The notes: generated by a model from the sequence alone, not told the origin. Positions 23,934 through 37,169 are shown, numbered from the whole stretch's first letter. The stretch: DNA of 50,406 bases, filler included, from Basidioascus undulatus (GCA_000826855.1; 3 parts of 3 records of this genome joined end to end with filler, not necessarily neighbours in it); one strand, 5' to 3'. Translations and numbers: made by a program.

Positions 23934-25652
23934 TCAGCTGGAAGCCTTGATCTGCCCGCAGTGAGAGCAAGACCAAAAGACGGCCTCCGTCTCTTGCTGA
24001 TCATCGGACACCATGTCAGTAACCCACCCTCCGTCAAAACTGCCGCGATGAAAGAACGTACTCCGCATCTCCCACAACTCCACCGGACCCCGCTTCCCAC
24101 CGCGCCTCCGCCGAGGAGCGCGCCCGTTCTGCCGGCCCGTCGTTTCGGAGGCGGGGGAGCGCGCGGCGGGGAAGGGGGGAATGTCAACGCTGGGCGGACG
24201 GAGTCGCATATTGTGCAGACGAGCGTGAGGGGCGGGTTGAATGCGAACGTGCAGGTTGGGCACGCCCAATTCTCGGTCGACTCGGCCCGTGTTGGTGGTG
24301 GGACGGACGAGCCGGATGGGAGGAAGGCGGACGAGGAAGAGGGGGTGGGGTCGATGGAGGAGGCGCGTCCCAACTGGCCGGAGAGAAGGCGAGAGGGAGG
24401 AGGTGTTGGACGGGTGCGAGGGGGTGCGCGAGAAGCGGCGACGGCGACGGGCTTCCGCCCCGCCGGGATTAGCGCTGTGGCGGGAGGAACTGCAGAGGAT
24501 GGCGCTCGAGAGGTTCGCTTCTGCGGGGGCATGTCGTCTTCAGACCCCGACGAGTCGATCTCGATGACGCCTGTTGGACGCGCCGGCGGGAGAGAAGGAG
24601 GCGCCTTGCCCTTGCCCTTGTCCGCTTTGACGGCGTCCTCCGCGGACGAGGACGTCGTGGCCGACAAGCCGGCACCAAGCGCATTCGGAACGACCTGCTC
24701 TGGCGCAGTCTTTATACCCTCCCTTGTCGCCTTTTCCGCCTCAGCGAGCGCCGCAGCGTCGTGCGAGCAAGCCTTCTCGTCTCGCGCCCTTCGCTCCGCA
24801 GCCTGTCCCCGCCAACCGTACATCAGCTACGCACCCGTAGCCCATATGATCTCATGTCAACTCACCGCGGCCATGACGTCCCTCAAGATCTTGCCGCCCA
24901 TCCCGACGTCGTGCCTGCCGCCCAGCCGCCCGCCGCGCCCAAGCCGGATCTGCAGGTCGTGTCGCTTCTGCGCGGCCTCGAGCGCGCGCCGCCTGCCCTC
25001 GGCGAGGCAGACGTTGTGGCTGACGCTTTGACCCATGCGCGTGCCTTGCGCGAAGAAGCCCTCGCCGTGGTATCCGCCGGCGCGGAGCTCGTCGTACTCG
25101 AGCGTGAGCTGACAGATGAATGGCGGCAGAGTCGTCAGCTATGAACATGGAAGGAGAAGAGCGAAAGAGTTCACCTTGTCGAGGAAGTCGTAGAAGACTT
25201 TGTCGTGCGGGCCGCGGACGTTGTGGGTCAGCTCGTGCAGCATCGTCCCGATGACCTGTAGGTGGACAGCCATCAGTCCCATTCGAACCCTGCTAGACGG
25301 CAGCGGGAGCGTACATCTTCGAGATCATAGAGCGTATCTGGAGCCTGCGCCGGCCTGAGCCGGAGGCATATCTTCGCGCCGCCATTCACGTTGATGCCCA
25401 GTAGATTGGGCTGGGCAGGGAGAAACTCCGCGAGGACGGGCAGCATCCACCCGCTACCATCCACAGCCCCTCATCAGCCCCAAGCCCTCGGCCCTGAACT
25501 CCGAATAAACGGATATGATGAACGCACTGTTTCTTCATGAGCGGCTTGACCAGGCTCGCGACGGTGTGGAGCATGTGCAGGGCCTCGCCCGCCCGGGGCA
25601 ATTGGGCGAGGTGCGTGAAGGACTTGATCCACCCCCCGGACGGGTCGGACAT
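23934..25652 (-). CDS. WSS1: WLM-domain metalloprotease Wss1 (DNA-protein crosslink repair) with C-terminal RanBP2-type zinc fingers
   Basis: ALHMLHTVASLVKPLMKKHGWMLPVLAEFLPAQPNLLGINVNGGAKICLRLR; VIGTMLHELTHNVRGPHDKVFY (HExxH); GYHGEGFFAQGTRMG; AAERRARDEKAC; WACPTCTFAFNPPLTLVCTICD; WSCGRCG..FWSCSHCGQIKASS*. Confidence 0.92.
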
Positions 25653-26133
25653 CGTCGACGGCGAGAGGTGATATGTTCGAAAATAAGACGAATGGAGATT
25701 GAGTGTGTGCGGTATACGAGCGAGCGAGCAAGGTTGTTCAGTAAACGAGGGGAGGATGCGAGTGGCGCGAGGGCAACCCGCAATCGCGGGACCGGAGTTT
25801 GGACGCGACGAGGACGCGTAAGCTGCTTCAGTGCCCCTGCCGCGTAAGCTTCTCTTTCTTTCCGAGGCTGGGCCCTCCCTCTGATAAATCAGTTTGCTTC
25901 AATGAAATATAAATCTACATATCGAGTGAAAGCAACTGCTGAGCTTGGAGCCAAACCCAGGCGAAGAAGAAAAAGTAGCGCCTTTCAGAGACACAGTAGG
26001 CTTCCTAACACAAACGTATCTTTCACCCCGGTACATGAATGAATCGAGCCATAATGTCTATTGTTCTCTAAGATGCGTGTAACTCTACCCGAACACGCGT
26101 CCCGCATTTCCTCCTTCATCCTCCTCTCGAGCT

Positions 26134-28335
26134 CTATGCCGTCTGCGCCGGTCCTCCCGCCCGCGCCTCAATCCACTTCTCGTGCTCGCGCTCCTCGCGC
26201 TCGAGGCGAGCAAGCTCCTGCGCGTACCGGCTGGCAGCGCGGATGCGAGGGCCGAACCGGTAGAAGACGAAGGGCAGGAACGCCATCGGCGTCGCGATCA
26301 TTGCTAGAATGCACGTCGCCCATTGGTATCCGACTATATGAGGGAGCGAAATATGTCAGCGGACATGCCAGGGCTCGATGAGTAGGGATTGATTTGGGCG
26401 AGCGTACCGTTCTGGTAGAAAGGCACGGCGACCAGGGTGAGTACACCAGAGAGGATCTCGCGGAAAAGCGATTGCCCAGTGATAGCGCTCGATGCCATTA
26501 CGCCGTACGACTCGACGGTGTAATCCGAAACGACAAGAAAGACTGGCGGTTCAGAAACGAGCAGATGAGCATCGGATCATACCGACCACAACGCGCGTGC
26601 GAGGTCTCGCGACTTACGAACATGGCTCGAAATGCCGAAAGCGCAGAGAGCAAACATTGACGCGAGGTAGTTAACTGAGGGTTGCGAAGACCAGGCGAAC
26701 CAGTAGAGCGAGACTGGGAAGAGGATGCCAGCTGGAGGATCGAGTGAATTAAACGTAGTGAGGGTATCTCCGAGAAGCATCCTCACGCACCGACCATACC
26801 CCAGAGCAGCTTGTGCTCGGGCACGTCCTTCTGCCGCGTCTTTTGTTCGATGCGGAGCGTCGCGCGCCGCTGGAAGTAGAAGAGCGGCATGGCGATGAAG
26901 AAACCCACTTGCATCGCGATGAAGACCAGGTTGATGTTGGGCTCCGTGAACCCGTACTGCTTGTAGATAAGCGGCGCAGACTCGACAGTGAGGTACTGTA
27001 GAGGGTGCAAAGGGGATCAGAGCCTTGCCCGGCAAAGGAAGACAAAGATGTAACGCACGATGATGCCGTAGTTGAGCCCGTCCCACAGACCGAAGAGGAA
27101 GACGATCGGCTCAGTCGTGAGCATGACTGGTCCCCATGGTCACCCACTGGTCAGCCTCATTCCGTTCAGGCCTAGCGCCCATCCCAGTCTTCACTCGCCG
27201 ACAGGCCTCAGCACCGTTTCCTGCACGATCTCCTTCACGCTCCTTCGCCCGAGCCGCTCGTGCAACGCCCACGCCTGCAGATCGCCATGCTTGCGCGCCT
27301 TCTTCGCGCGGCGCACGAGCAGCGGTCCGCCGCGAGTCTCGGGAACGAAGAGCAGGAACAGCACCATCAGCCCGAACCCGATGATAATGCCGATCCAGAA
27401 GATCCACCGCCAGGACAGGCGGTGCACGATATATCCTCCGCTATGCGACGAGAGATAACACTTCAGCACAAAGGAAGTCGAGGAAAGATTGGGGTCGAAA
27501 AGAAGACGCACAAGAGCGGGCCGAGGATGATGCTCTCCGCCGCGAGAGCCCAGAAGTTGAGCGCCCACAGGCCAACGACGTCCGTGCCACGGAAGAGATC
27601 GGGGATGTTGCAAACAGAGTTGAAGATGGGCGAGGCGAAGAAGCCAGCGAGAAAGCTGTTCATCGATGTCAGTCCGTCTCTCGGAGGAATAGTGTGCTCG
27701 ATCCGCTTACCGGAGAATCGCAAGGGTGGCTATGTTTTGCGCCAAAGCACAGCCGACAGCGAGGACGTATGAGACGACCATGCATATGGTGAAGACATAC
27801 TTTCGACCATAGTCCTGTTGCCACAGTCGGTGAGCGTCCCCCATCCCTAGGATTGTGGAAAAGAGGAAACGCACCTCCGCAAAGGGCGTGAGCACCACAG
27901 GGCCGAATCCGAACCCAAACAGGTACAGCGCGAGAGGTAGCTTGCTCTGTACTGCAGGAATACCGAACTCCTCCTGGACGTGCGACGAGGCCGGCGCGAA
28001 GATGGAGCTCATCATCGTCACCCAGAGCATCTGCAGGCCGCTATCGGTTCGCAGTCGCACCTCAGCATCCCGCAGGGTTTCGCGAGACGCGTCAGGGACT
28101 TACACGATGAAGACTACAAAACATTTCCGGGTATTCGACCAGTTGAACGGATTGCCGGCATCATTGGGCTGTTGATGAATCCGAACTCCTCTCAGCGCCC
28201 TTCCCTCCTCCGAGCTGACAGTCGCGTGCCACTCACCTGCCAGTGTACCAGATTCTCCGGATCGCCCCCTTCGACTTCCTTCTCTTGGAGCTCCTCAGCT
28301 ACGATCGTCTGAGTGGGCGAAGGGTCGGCCTGCAT
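26134..28335 (-). CDS. MFS transporter, DHA1 (drug:H+ antiporter) family
   Basis: ENLVHW..DAGNPFNWSNTRK; SSIFAPASSHVQEEFG; GFGPVVLTPFAEDYGRKYVF; ILRFLAGFFAS; WRWIFW; FVPETRGGPLL; TEPIVFL; PEHKL; SLYWFAWS; ESYGVMASSA; FYRFGPRIRAASRYA; stop TAG at 26134-26136. Confidence 0.92.
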
Positions 28336-29475
28336 TGGGGCAGATGCGGCGGGCTCGAGGACGAGGAAGGATGAGGTTCTGCTATCGTGCCATCGCGTCA
28401 CTAGGATTCAAAGCTCGCTTCCCCATGTCCTACACGGAGCGCTGACTGAGCAATAAAGTGGACTTGCAAAGGGTGATGGCCGCCGCGGTCCCGAACCTGA
28501 AGAGATGAATGCGAAAGGACGACGAGGACACACAGTGCAAGGGCGGAGCATGGACGAGCTGATGCAGCTCTCTCGCTGAGCGGTACGCGCGGCTTCGATA
28601 CACTGGCTTTTGAGGCTTGAGGAAATGCCGCGGATAACTGAAGGGCACACATCATGCCTCATTGTGCGGAACATGCAACTCAGTGATTTTCCAGCCACTG
28701 AAAACAACATACGGTTAGAGATATGTATACTGTAAAGTCGCTGAGGCTTGTCTGCAGGCAAATGGAAACAACTTGTGGTCCGTCCTGCAGAGGAGAATGA
28801 TGCCGCTGCGCTTTGCTTTCAGGAATTCCCGGCTTGTGATTCTCACAAGAAAGGCTTTTGGAGTTTCTCCACAAATCCAGCTTGAAAACATTATACGATT
28901 CATGGTTCTGACTCGAGTGTCAGCAAGCACTTGGAGATCAGGATCTGCCAAAGATGGCAAACAGCAAACGTGCACTCAACAAGAGACAATCTGTAGCTTG
29001 AGCCCGAGCGAGATACCTTCAATCATATACAAGAATTGATTTCTACAATGTACTTTACCCTGACAGTTAGAAATAAGACGTGTTCGAGCTCCACACGTCG
29101 CAATGCCACCCCTCGTCTCACTGTCATCCCCGGCCTCTCCATTTACAACACACCTCTCGCCCTCAAACTCGAAATGAGTTTTGGTACCCTTTCGGATCTA
29201 CGAGAATTGGTTAAGCGGCTGGATGATGGGCACCACAAGCCCGGTATTCCTCCTCCAGCAGCTCAAGGTCCCTATGTTTCCCAAACCATGCGGATGTGCT
29301 TCCAGTTTTCCCTTTCGAAATCTGCGCCCCCTTACAGATTCCCCATGATTCTCCGTCATGGTACAATGCGCAAGGCATGGGCAACCGATCGTACAACAAA
29401 CCTGCAGGCCCGCACACAGGTGATGTTCGCAGTAGTAAATCTGCAGGTCGAGCCTCAATTTAAAACCTTTACATC

Positions 29476-31167
29476 CTAGACCCCTCGCGGAATTCGAACG
29501 CAGCTCTCACACAGGGCAGATAAAACAACCAGCATGCTCAGCAGTCCATTACCGTCACGCCTTGACCGCGTAACCACAGACCACCCCGTAATTGACCTGG
29601 AGGGTCTCCAGCTCTTGTCGGCTGTGGACGTGCATGTTGTGCAAGTGGCTCTCCGCCATGCCGCAATGGATGAGGAGGGGTATGAGTGCTCTGAAGAAGA
29701 CATCTAATGTCCTCGGAGTGTGTTAGCGCTCCATGGATGGATAAACTGACCGGATCAACACATTGGTGTCAATATCCCCCAGGCACCGATGTTCTTCAGT
29801 TGCGGGTCTGCGTTGCATTCTGCTCAGCTTGTACACGTCTCATGCAAAACCAAAGGCGATCTAACGTACCGGAAGGTCACGGGCCGACGTGGACTTTGAA
29901 CTCCTGGACTTTGCTCTCCGCGATGAGGCCCTCTTTGTGGAGGGAGGAAAAGTATTGAGGAACTGCGTGAGCAACAAACCCTCTCTATTAGCATGTGTTG
30001 CAGCTGCCAGCTGTGCCTGCTAGGGAACACGTCAGTGCGTATTGTTTGAGGGAATGAGGATGTCCACTCCCGCTTGGTCCAGAGTGCGCAGAATCTCGCC
30101 CAAAACTCGCACAGCGCAGGTCCAGCGCCCGTGGAAGGGTTGAGGTCCGGCTCGACGACGAGGAGGACGCCGCCTGGGCGGAGAAGGCGAAGGCAGTTGC
30201 GGATGAGGCCGTGCCAGTTCGTCACCTAAACCGGAGGGCACCTGAGGGAAATAATGCTACGCTTTGAGGAACTGTGTGAGTCAGGAACTGTATGACTTAC
30301 TCCGAGGAGGAGGAATCGAATGTGCACAACATCGAAGAATCCCGGCGTGAAGAGGTCCAGGTCCTTGGTCACGTCGCATACCTCGAAGTTGACGTTCAGC
30401 GGCATGGTTCTGAGAGACAGTTTGAGTGGAAGGCCTCAGTCTTACCATGATCGCGCACTTAAAGCGTGAGTGGGGACATACTCAGGTTGGACAGGAACGA
30501 GGTCCACCCCGGTGACGAGCGCAGACTCGAACTGCTGAGCGATCTGAATAGCGCTAAGAACCCTGAGCTCAGTGAGGTGCATGACTTATACTTGACGAAA
30601 AGAATCAAGGCCTACCATGCGCCTGCACCAGTTCCAACGTCGCTGAAGTGGTCACAACATGAGCATCACCATTCGGCGATAAGATGCGCTGAGATCCCAC
30701 GTACAGGATCCTCCGTGTTTCGCCTTCGGAGGCTCGCTTGGCGATCACGTCCTCGACGGGGCCGAAATAAAGCTTGCCCAGAAACAACAGGAGGATCTGG
30801 TGCTGCGAGGCCCCCCTCCTCGTTCAGTACCCACCGACCACGCACTCTCCCAGCGCCTCGCTCCTACCTGAACGTCCAGTCGCTCAAGCTGCTCATCTGC
30901 AGCAAACGTCCCTCAGCCGCCCAGATAATATTTAGGTTTGAAGAAAGCCTGACTTGCCGTCATTATGCAGTTCATACACGTCGTTGCTGTTCTGGAACCT
31001 CCTGCCTTCATAACGTAACATCGGAAGAGTTAGCGCTCTCTGTTGCAAGTCGAGAAGACCATGAACAGCTCCTTACCTTGGTAGTATTGGTACAGATCAG
31101 CGTTGATCGTGCTCGTGAGCGAGTACATGCTCTGCGTAGGGGAGAGGCGAGCGTGTGGGGGAGCCAT
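29476..31167 (-). CDS. Class I SAM-dependent methyltransferase, LaeA/TAM-like; carries one in-frame TGA (possible recent pseudogene)
   Basis: SMYSLTSTI; YEGRRFQNSNDVYELHNDDEQLERLDVQHQI; GKLYFGPV; ILDVGTGAGAW; VTGVDLVPVQP; PLNVNFEVCDVT; FDVVHIRFL; VTNWHGLIRNCLRLLRPGGVLLVVEPD; KVHVGP*PSDPQLKNIG. Confidence 0.82.
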
Positions 31168-31895
31168 TGGAACCGCGAGGTTTAGATAAAGGTAAGAAAG
31201 GATAGAGGACGAAGCAAATTACAGCAACCTCCAGTGCATCGTTTATGTACTCCGGGTGATGATCGGCGCAGCCGCATTTGTCGAGGTGCTCGCCCGCCTG
31301 CATGCAGTGGTCCTGCAGCGGTCCCACCCAGTTGGCAGACGCTTGCCGAATTTGGCAGGTGCCTTGAGCGCTCGTATTTTGGCGTTTCTGAGGGGGGCGT
31401 TCAGAAGCAGATCTGGGGGGCAGAAAAACGACGGACAGGCAGTGTTGCGATCCCACCTTCCCTTGCACAGCTCGCTGCAAGTAGACCGAAGTCTGCCGAG
31501 GCCTGACAGTCAAGGTCCGAGAGCCGACTCATTTCAAATTGCAGCCGCTTTCACGCACCAAGAGTCGGCGACGCTCATCACAGTCATGAATGACATCCCG
31601 TTCCGAACGACGATGCGAAGCAGAGATCAATGCTTTAGACTCAACACGGTGTTGCACTAATAACTAATAAATGAGTTGGTAAAGTAAGCTAAAGGTAGGT
31701 AGGTATAAGGCATGGGGGCGGAGTAATACTGTAATACGACAGGATTAAACAGTGGGCAGATAGTTAATAACCGATTCCATCCAGCACAAGGTAGACCGGG
31801 CTCCCTGGGGCGGGCGGAACAAGGAGAAGGGGAAGGACGGGGAAGAGGAAGAAGAGTGCGCAAGGAGGAGGGAGAAGAAGAGAAGAGGAAGACGA

Positions 31896-33608
31896 CTAAT
31901 AGGCCCAGCCCATAGCGTCGTTGAGCGCGGCGGTGTACCCCTCCAACTCGAGTCCCTCGTCGCCCGGCGCAGCGCCAGCCGCGTCCGCGCCAAACATCCA
32001 TGCGACTGAGCCCTCCGTCTGGGCTAGGTTGAGCGTGAGGTCGAGCGAGTGCTCAGGCGCGGTGGGGGCGGGGGCAGGCCAGCTGTCAAAGAGGAGGGAC
32101 GGGTCGACCGCGGGCGCCTCGCCGCGCTCCCAGACCGAGGCGTCGCGCTCCCACGCGGCCTTGACGAGCTCCGCGGGGGAGGGGATGGCTGACGGGGCGA
32201 AGGTCGGGGGCGCGGAGGGGGAGGAAGGGTCGGAGGGGGCAGGAGGAGCGGGGTAGGATGTGGGAGCGGGGACGTCGACTTCGAGGCCCAGGGGGGGAGG
32301 GCCCCACGCGAAGTTGCTTAGCTCCAGGTCGGCGGGGGGGGCGGACGATAGCGGTGGGGGCGGGACGAAGAGCGGCGTCGTGTCGATGTGGTATTGCGCG
32401 TAGAGGGCTCCCGAGGCGGACGGCGGCGGAGGAGGGTGGTCCTCGGCATGCGCTGCGGCGAGCTGGCTCAGAGTGTGGAACGCTGCGAGGTGCGGCGGGG
32501 GCGAATCGCCCGGCGCGGACGCGGGGGGGAGGTCAGCGAGGACGGATGGTCGCGGGCCGGGTCCGCCCGCGGAGACGGGGTAGCACTCGGGGGGGAAGTC
32601 GAGCACGGGCGGGGGCTTGCTCGCGCGCTTGCGGGTGCGGGTGCTGCCCGACGAACCAGACGGACTGCGCGCAGGCGAAGGGGAGCGTGAGCGCGAGCGG
32701 CGCGCGGACGACTCGGACGGCGGGGGTGCAAGGTGCGTGGTCGCTTCCGCCTCGACGCGGATGGCGTCCCGCTCGATCGCAGTCGCGCCCGCGGCGAGGC
32801 GTTCCGCGATGAGCTCGCACTCGCGCTCGGTCGTCGCGCGCCCTTCCTCCGGCATGAGCCGCCGCCGCCGGCGTACTTGCCCCGGGCGCACGCTCGGCTG
32901 GTAGCGGTACTCGGGGTTCGCGGCGCTGAGGGAGGAGGAGGTCGGGTCAGAGAGGAATGTGTGCAGAGGAAAAGAAGGGAACAGGGAGCTCACCGATGCG
33001 CCTCCTTCTCCCGCTCGGCCTGCTGCTCGAACGGCGCGCGCTCCGGGGGCGGCAGAGCCTTCCACATGAACGCGGCGATCTTGGAGATGTTTCGCTGGTC
33101 GTTCTCAGACGACCGCTCAGCGAGCCCGTTTTCAATCACGTGTGACCTGAATCCCACATCGTCAGTGCCAGTTCCTACTCGAGAGGCAGTTTGGGGGACG
33201 CACCGGTAGATGATGAACGCGTTCCTGGGGCGCTTGACGTGCCCCTCGGGAACCTTGCGCGCGTGGCTCGCCTTGCTCTTGCGCTTGCTGGGCGCGCCAA
33301 GGGAGGCGGACGAGCCGGCGTCGGACTCGGACGGGGTAGGGGCGGAGGGGGACGCGCTGTCCCATGAGGAGGCGGAGCCGGCGGTGCTGGGCCGCCAATC
33401 GTCAGAGGGCGAGGGGGAGCGGTGGCTCTCTGCCGGGGAAGGATACGAGGAGGCTGCGGAGGAGGGGCGCGAGGGGTGGTTGAAGGACTCAAGCTGCCCT
33501 GCGGAGAAGTTGGTGAAGAGCGTTGGGGTCGGGGGGAGGAGCGCGAGCAAGGGAACGATCGGTGCTGCAAGGGAGGCGAAGGAGGCGGAGGTGGGGGGCG
33601 GGCTGGGG
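31896..33608 (-). CDS. MATA/SOX-type HMG-box transcription factor; 5' end lost in the gap
   Basis: SHARKVPEGHVKRPRNAFIIYR/SHVIENGLAERSSENDQRNISKIAAFMWKALPPPERAPFEQQAEREKEAHR/AANPEYRYQP, followed by a long Pro/Ser-rich tail ending AMGWAY*. Two introns lie in the HMG box. Confidence 0.9.
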
Positions 33609-33708
33609 NNNNNNNNNNNNNNNNNNNNNNNNNNNNNNNNNNNNNNNNNNNNTTAATTAATTAANNNNNNNNNNNNNNNNNNNNNNNNNNNNNNNNNNNN
33701 NNNNNNNN
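33609..33708. other. Assembly spacer (44 N + TTAATTAATTAA + 44 N)
   Basis: Same 100-bp construct as at 16764. Confidence 0.97.
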
Positions 33709-36441
33709 CCCCGTCCCCGCCCCCGCCGACCCATATCCACTGAAGGAACTGCTTGCCCCTGAGGTACCATCGCCGTAAGATCCCCAGTTTCCATCGCTAC
33801 CGCCTCTCCCTCCACCGTATTTACGGCCGCGCCAAGCTGTTCTGACCGAACGGGGAGTAGGAGGAACGAAGGGTTTCGGCGGCGGCGGGATGTAAGGAGA
33901 GCCCCAACGCAAAGCTTTTGCTTTATCTACAGGTCCTTCACGCCAGCATACAACCGAATCGAAGGCTCTGAGTGGTTGATCGTAGCCCTGTAAGGATTGT
34001 CAGAAAAAGGACTAAAATCAAAGAAGCCAGTCAGAAGACTTACGACACAGAACCGTCCGCAGTTCGGTTGCTTCCCGTCGAAAACGTTCGGGTCTCGGAC
34101 GCCTACGAGCGCCCAGCCCGCAAGACCGATCGAACCAAAGTCGGCGGGTACACCTTTGTGTCCAAGCGGTATACTACCACCATCAAACGCCGATCTGCGA
34201 CGACGCTTCGCCGACTGGTGCTCGCGCCCGGCGTGCGCAATGGCGAAGGCCTCAACATTCAAGACAAGGATGCTCGAGTGCTCCGAAGGGTACGATGCTA
34301 GGTTGCCGTGTCGATAGAAGCGTCGATGGCGGATCCGGCGGACGAAGTGCTTAATTTCGTCGGTGAAAGACGATGAGAAGGGTCGGAATGACGAGTAGGG
34401 AGTCTTGTACGTCTTCCACCATAGTTGCGACGTGTCTCCGAAAGCCTTGTCTAGACATAAAAGTGTATGTGAGAAGGCGCCATGACTTCGAAAGCAAAAA
34501 CGTAACGTACTGAAAGTTTCCTCCTCGACATGTGCCTCATGGTCGATGTACCTATACCGGCATTCATATTCGCGGAAGTCTCTGTGGATTGTGATGATGA
34601 GAGCTAGGTCAGACTTACAAGACAGGCGCCCTGACGCACCCGCGAGTGTAGCACTCTGAATCGCGCAAGTACTTATTCCCTATGAGCTGGTATGTGTGCC
34701 ATATGAGGTCGATGTCGAGAGTTGGGACAAAGAAGCGGTGATGGCGCCGATGAAGGAAGAGGAAGTGGTAGTAGCGCGAGATAGACTGAGCGATCGGAAA
34801 GGATGCGTGGGACTTGTCAAGCCACCCGAGGGAGAACGCTTTGTTGGTGAAAGTCGAGAGGCGGAGGACCTGTTGTAACAAGACTCTGAGTGAGCATAAG
34901 TCTAGCACAAAACAGAAGCGAACAGCATCATACTGCGTCAAGAGATCGACAGAGAAAGGTGTAGGGTCGCTATAAGCGGACAACATCCTGAGGAGCCTGC
35001 TGAAGAAACGTTTGAGTGACAAGTACAGCTTCAGCAAACCGGCGGCATACCTTGGCTTGTACTTTATCCATACTTCTTCCGGTGAGGTATGATCCTGAAG
35101 CTGAGGTTTGAGGAATGGCTCAAGGACGTTTCTCGTCCACTGTTTTTGAATGGCCTGCTTGGGTTGGGCGTAACCGGAGGTATACGAGTACGAAGTACCC
35201 CCTTCTTTCTGTGCTCGGACGATGTTCGCGAGGGTTTCGCTTGCCTCGGTCACGCTCGACTCTACACGCTCAAGCGACCAGCCGAGAAAGTCGCCGACCG
35301 AGCGCCTGTTAGGTGCGACCTCGATGAACGGTTGGATGAGAATCGACGCGAGGCGCTTCGGATCAACCGGATCCTTGAATCTGGTAAGCGGGTCAAAGAG
35401 AGTGCCGCTTGAAAAGGTAGAGGGTGAGCGTTACCGTTGAGTTTGAAGATGACAGCCGCATAGAGCCTCACGCAAGAGTCTTCTCCCCGTTATTCAAGCA
35501 ATCCGCCACGTCACTCGAGAACTTTCCGACCGCTAGGCTTTCACGCTTGTCAAAGTAAGAACGAAGTCAGTAGTGATGTTAGTTGGAGCTTAAATCAATT
35601 CAACGCACTGTGATTGCCAAACCGCATGCGTTGCAGGTTGTGCTGAAGCCGTTCTGGCACCAGCCTCGGCCTTCGACCTTGCCGCCCAGAAGCTCGACCG
35701 GAGGCTCAAGCCAAGGGACCATTGTCCTCTGACCGCACCGCGGACATTCGAGAGCTCGATGGTGCTGGCAGCCGGGGTAGATCTCGAGCGGGATGTACGG
35801 CGTCGATGTCTTACTCGTCCAGAACGCTACTTGATCCTTCGTCGGCCAGAACTGGAGCGATACAGGCTCAATATGCGATACCTGCGGAGTTTTCAGCGCA
35901 TCAGCGCCTGCACAAATTTCTCGGACTCTGAGAGAAGAAGCACGATTCGCTCCAGAGGCATCCCGCCGATTGCGTCCAGCTTCGAAAACTTGCGCTCCGT
36001 GTCTTCCGCGTACGCCCACGGGTTGAGCAGGTAGGCGTGCCACACGAGGAGAACATCCAGAGGCGGGATGGCGCGGTCCTCGAGATCTCGGCGATGTCCA
36101 CCTGGCTTGACGATATGCTTAAGCCAGAGTTCGAATCGATGTACGGCCTGCTGGAGGAACACGCGCCAGCGTACAGCGGCAGGCGAGTCCGAGTCGCTGG
36201 GAAGCGGTGTAGAGACGGAGCGCTCGATTGCATGGAAGGCGGCGAGGAGGCGCAGGTGCGCGAGGACAGTAACGCCACTTATGCCGATATCGGTACCGTA
36301 CGATTCCCGTTTTGTACTGACCCAGATGTGCTTTGGTACGTCGGCGAGAGACGGATGGTCGGTTAAGAAGGACGCGAACGTAGACGACAGTGATTTGTAG
36401 CGAAGTTGCGGTGAGGGTGAGAGCTGGTCTGATTCAGGCAT
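33709..36441 (-). CDS. DUF1399 / glycine-rich domain-containing (GRDP-like) protein; 3' end runs into the gap
   Basis: HLRLLAAFHAI; RWRVFLQQAVHRFELW; IPPLDVLLVWHAYLLNPWAYAED; LECPRC..GWCQNGFSTTCNACG; ISRYYHFL..FFVPTLDIDLIWHTYQL; YIDHEAHVEE; Gly-rich C-terminus. Confidence 0.85.
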
Positions 36442-37169
36442 GACGATTATGATGACCGTTGAGGATGGCAAGTGATGAGGAGAGTAAGGGACCAAAGAGC
36501 GAGTCATCTTGAGCTAAGTATCGTCGACAGGCCACGGCAAACGAGTCACGTTGTCTTCGACGCTCTGCACATTGCGAGCGCCTGACCGGTCACAAAAGAC
36601 GACGCAGTACAGGGTCCGTGAGCATTTACACAGCCTCATTGCTCTTCATATATCGAGGTACATAGCGTTTTCCTTATCCTCGTTCGGACATGCAGCCGAG
36701 TCGTGTGATGAACGTCAGGCCAGACTGCCGTCGAAAGTCGTTGGCGACCAAAGGCGCAGAGGACTGATAGTCAGCAACCATATTACGGTCGCACCTTGGT
36801 GTGCGAATCGAAATCACCGTTGCAAGGCGCTCCTTTAACGTAAGATGAGTTTCGATGCACGGTGTAGACAACGACCCGCTCGAACGAGTCGCTCGAGTGG
36901 TGCCAGCTCTGTCACATGAAAGGACCGACTCCTACTCCGGCCTGCCCTCTTGCGCTATATGTGCGCCGCGCCTCATCGTTCAACGTAGAAAAAAGCGCCC
37001 TACAGTTAGCTTGAGAAAGATCTCGCAATGAGGCGCCCGCTTGTATTCCTTATCACTTGAATTTGGCACTTCCAAGCCTTCGTTCGTTCCCTCGGACTAA
37101 TTCTCCTGACTGAGCGCCTTATCATTTGGCGGTCAATTTGTTCACCTAGATGTCAGACTTTTCTCTAAG

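Noticed and set aside
23868..25031. Long antisense ORFs (387 aa here; similar ones opposite the PP2C, HMG and 14-16 kb genes)
   Set aside because: Shadow ORFs expected opposite GC-rich coding sequence, with no independent motifs.
29036..29479. 147-aa plus-strand ORF between the MFS and methyltransferase genes
   Set aside because: No recognisable motif and no convincing splice model, so it cannot be supported as a gene.
26134..31167. MFS transporter + methyltransferase + TF as a secondary-metabolite cluster
   Set aside because: No backbone enzyme (PKS, NRPS or terpene synthase) in the window, and all three belong to large generic families.
31896..33608. HMG-box gene as a mating-type locus
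   Set aside because: No pheromone, receptor or homeodomain genes nearby, and such HMG factors are common outside MAT loci.
33609..33708. Apparent fusion of the DUF1399 gene with the HMG-box gene (same strand, both open at the gap)
   Set aside because: Both simply run into a GC-rich assembly gap. There is no evidence of a single ORF.
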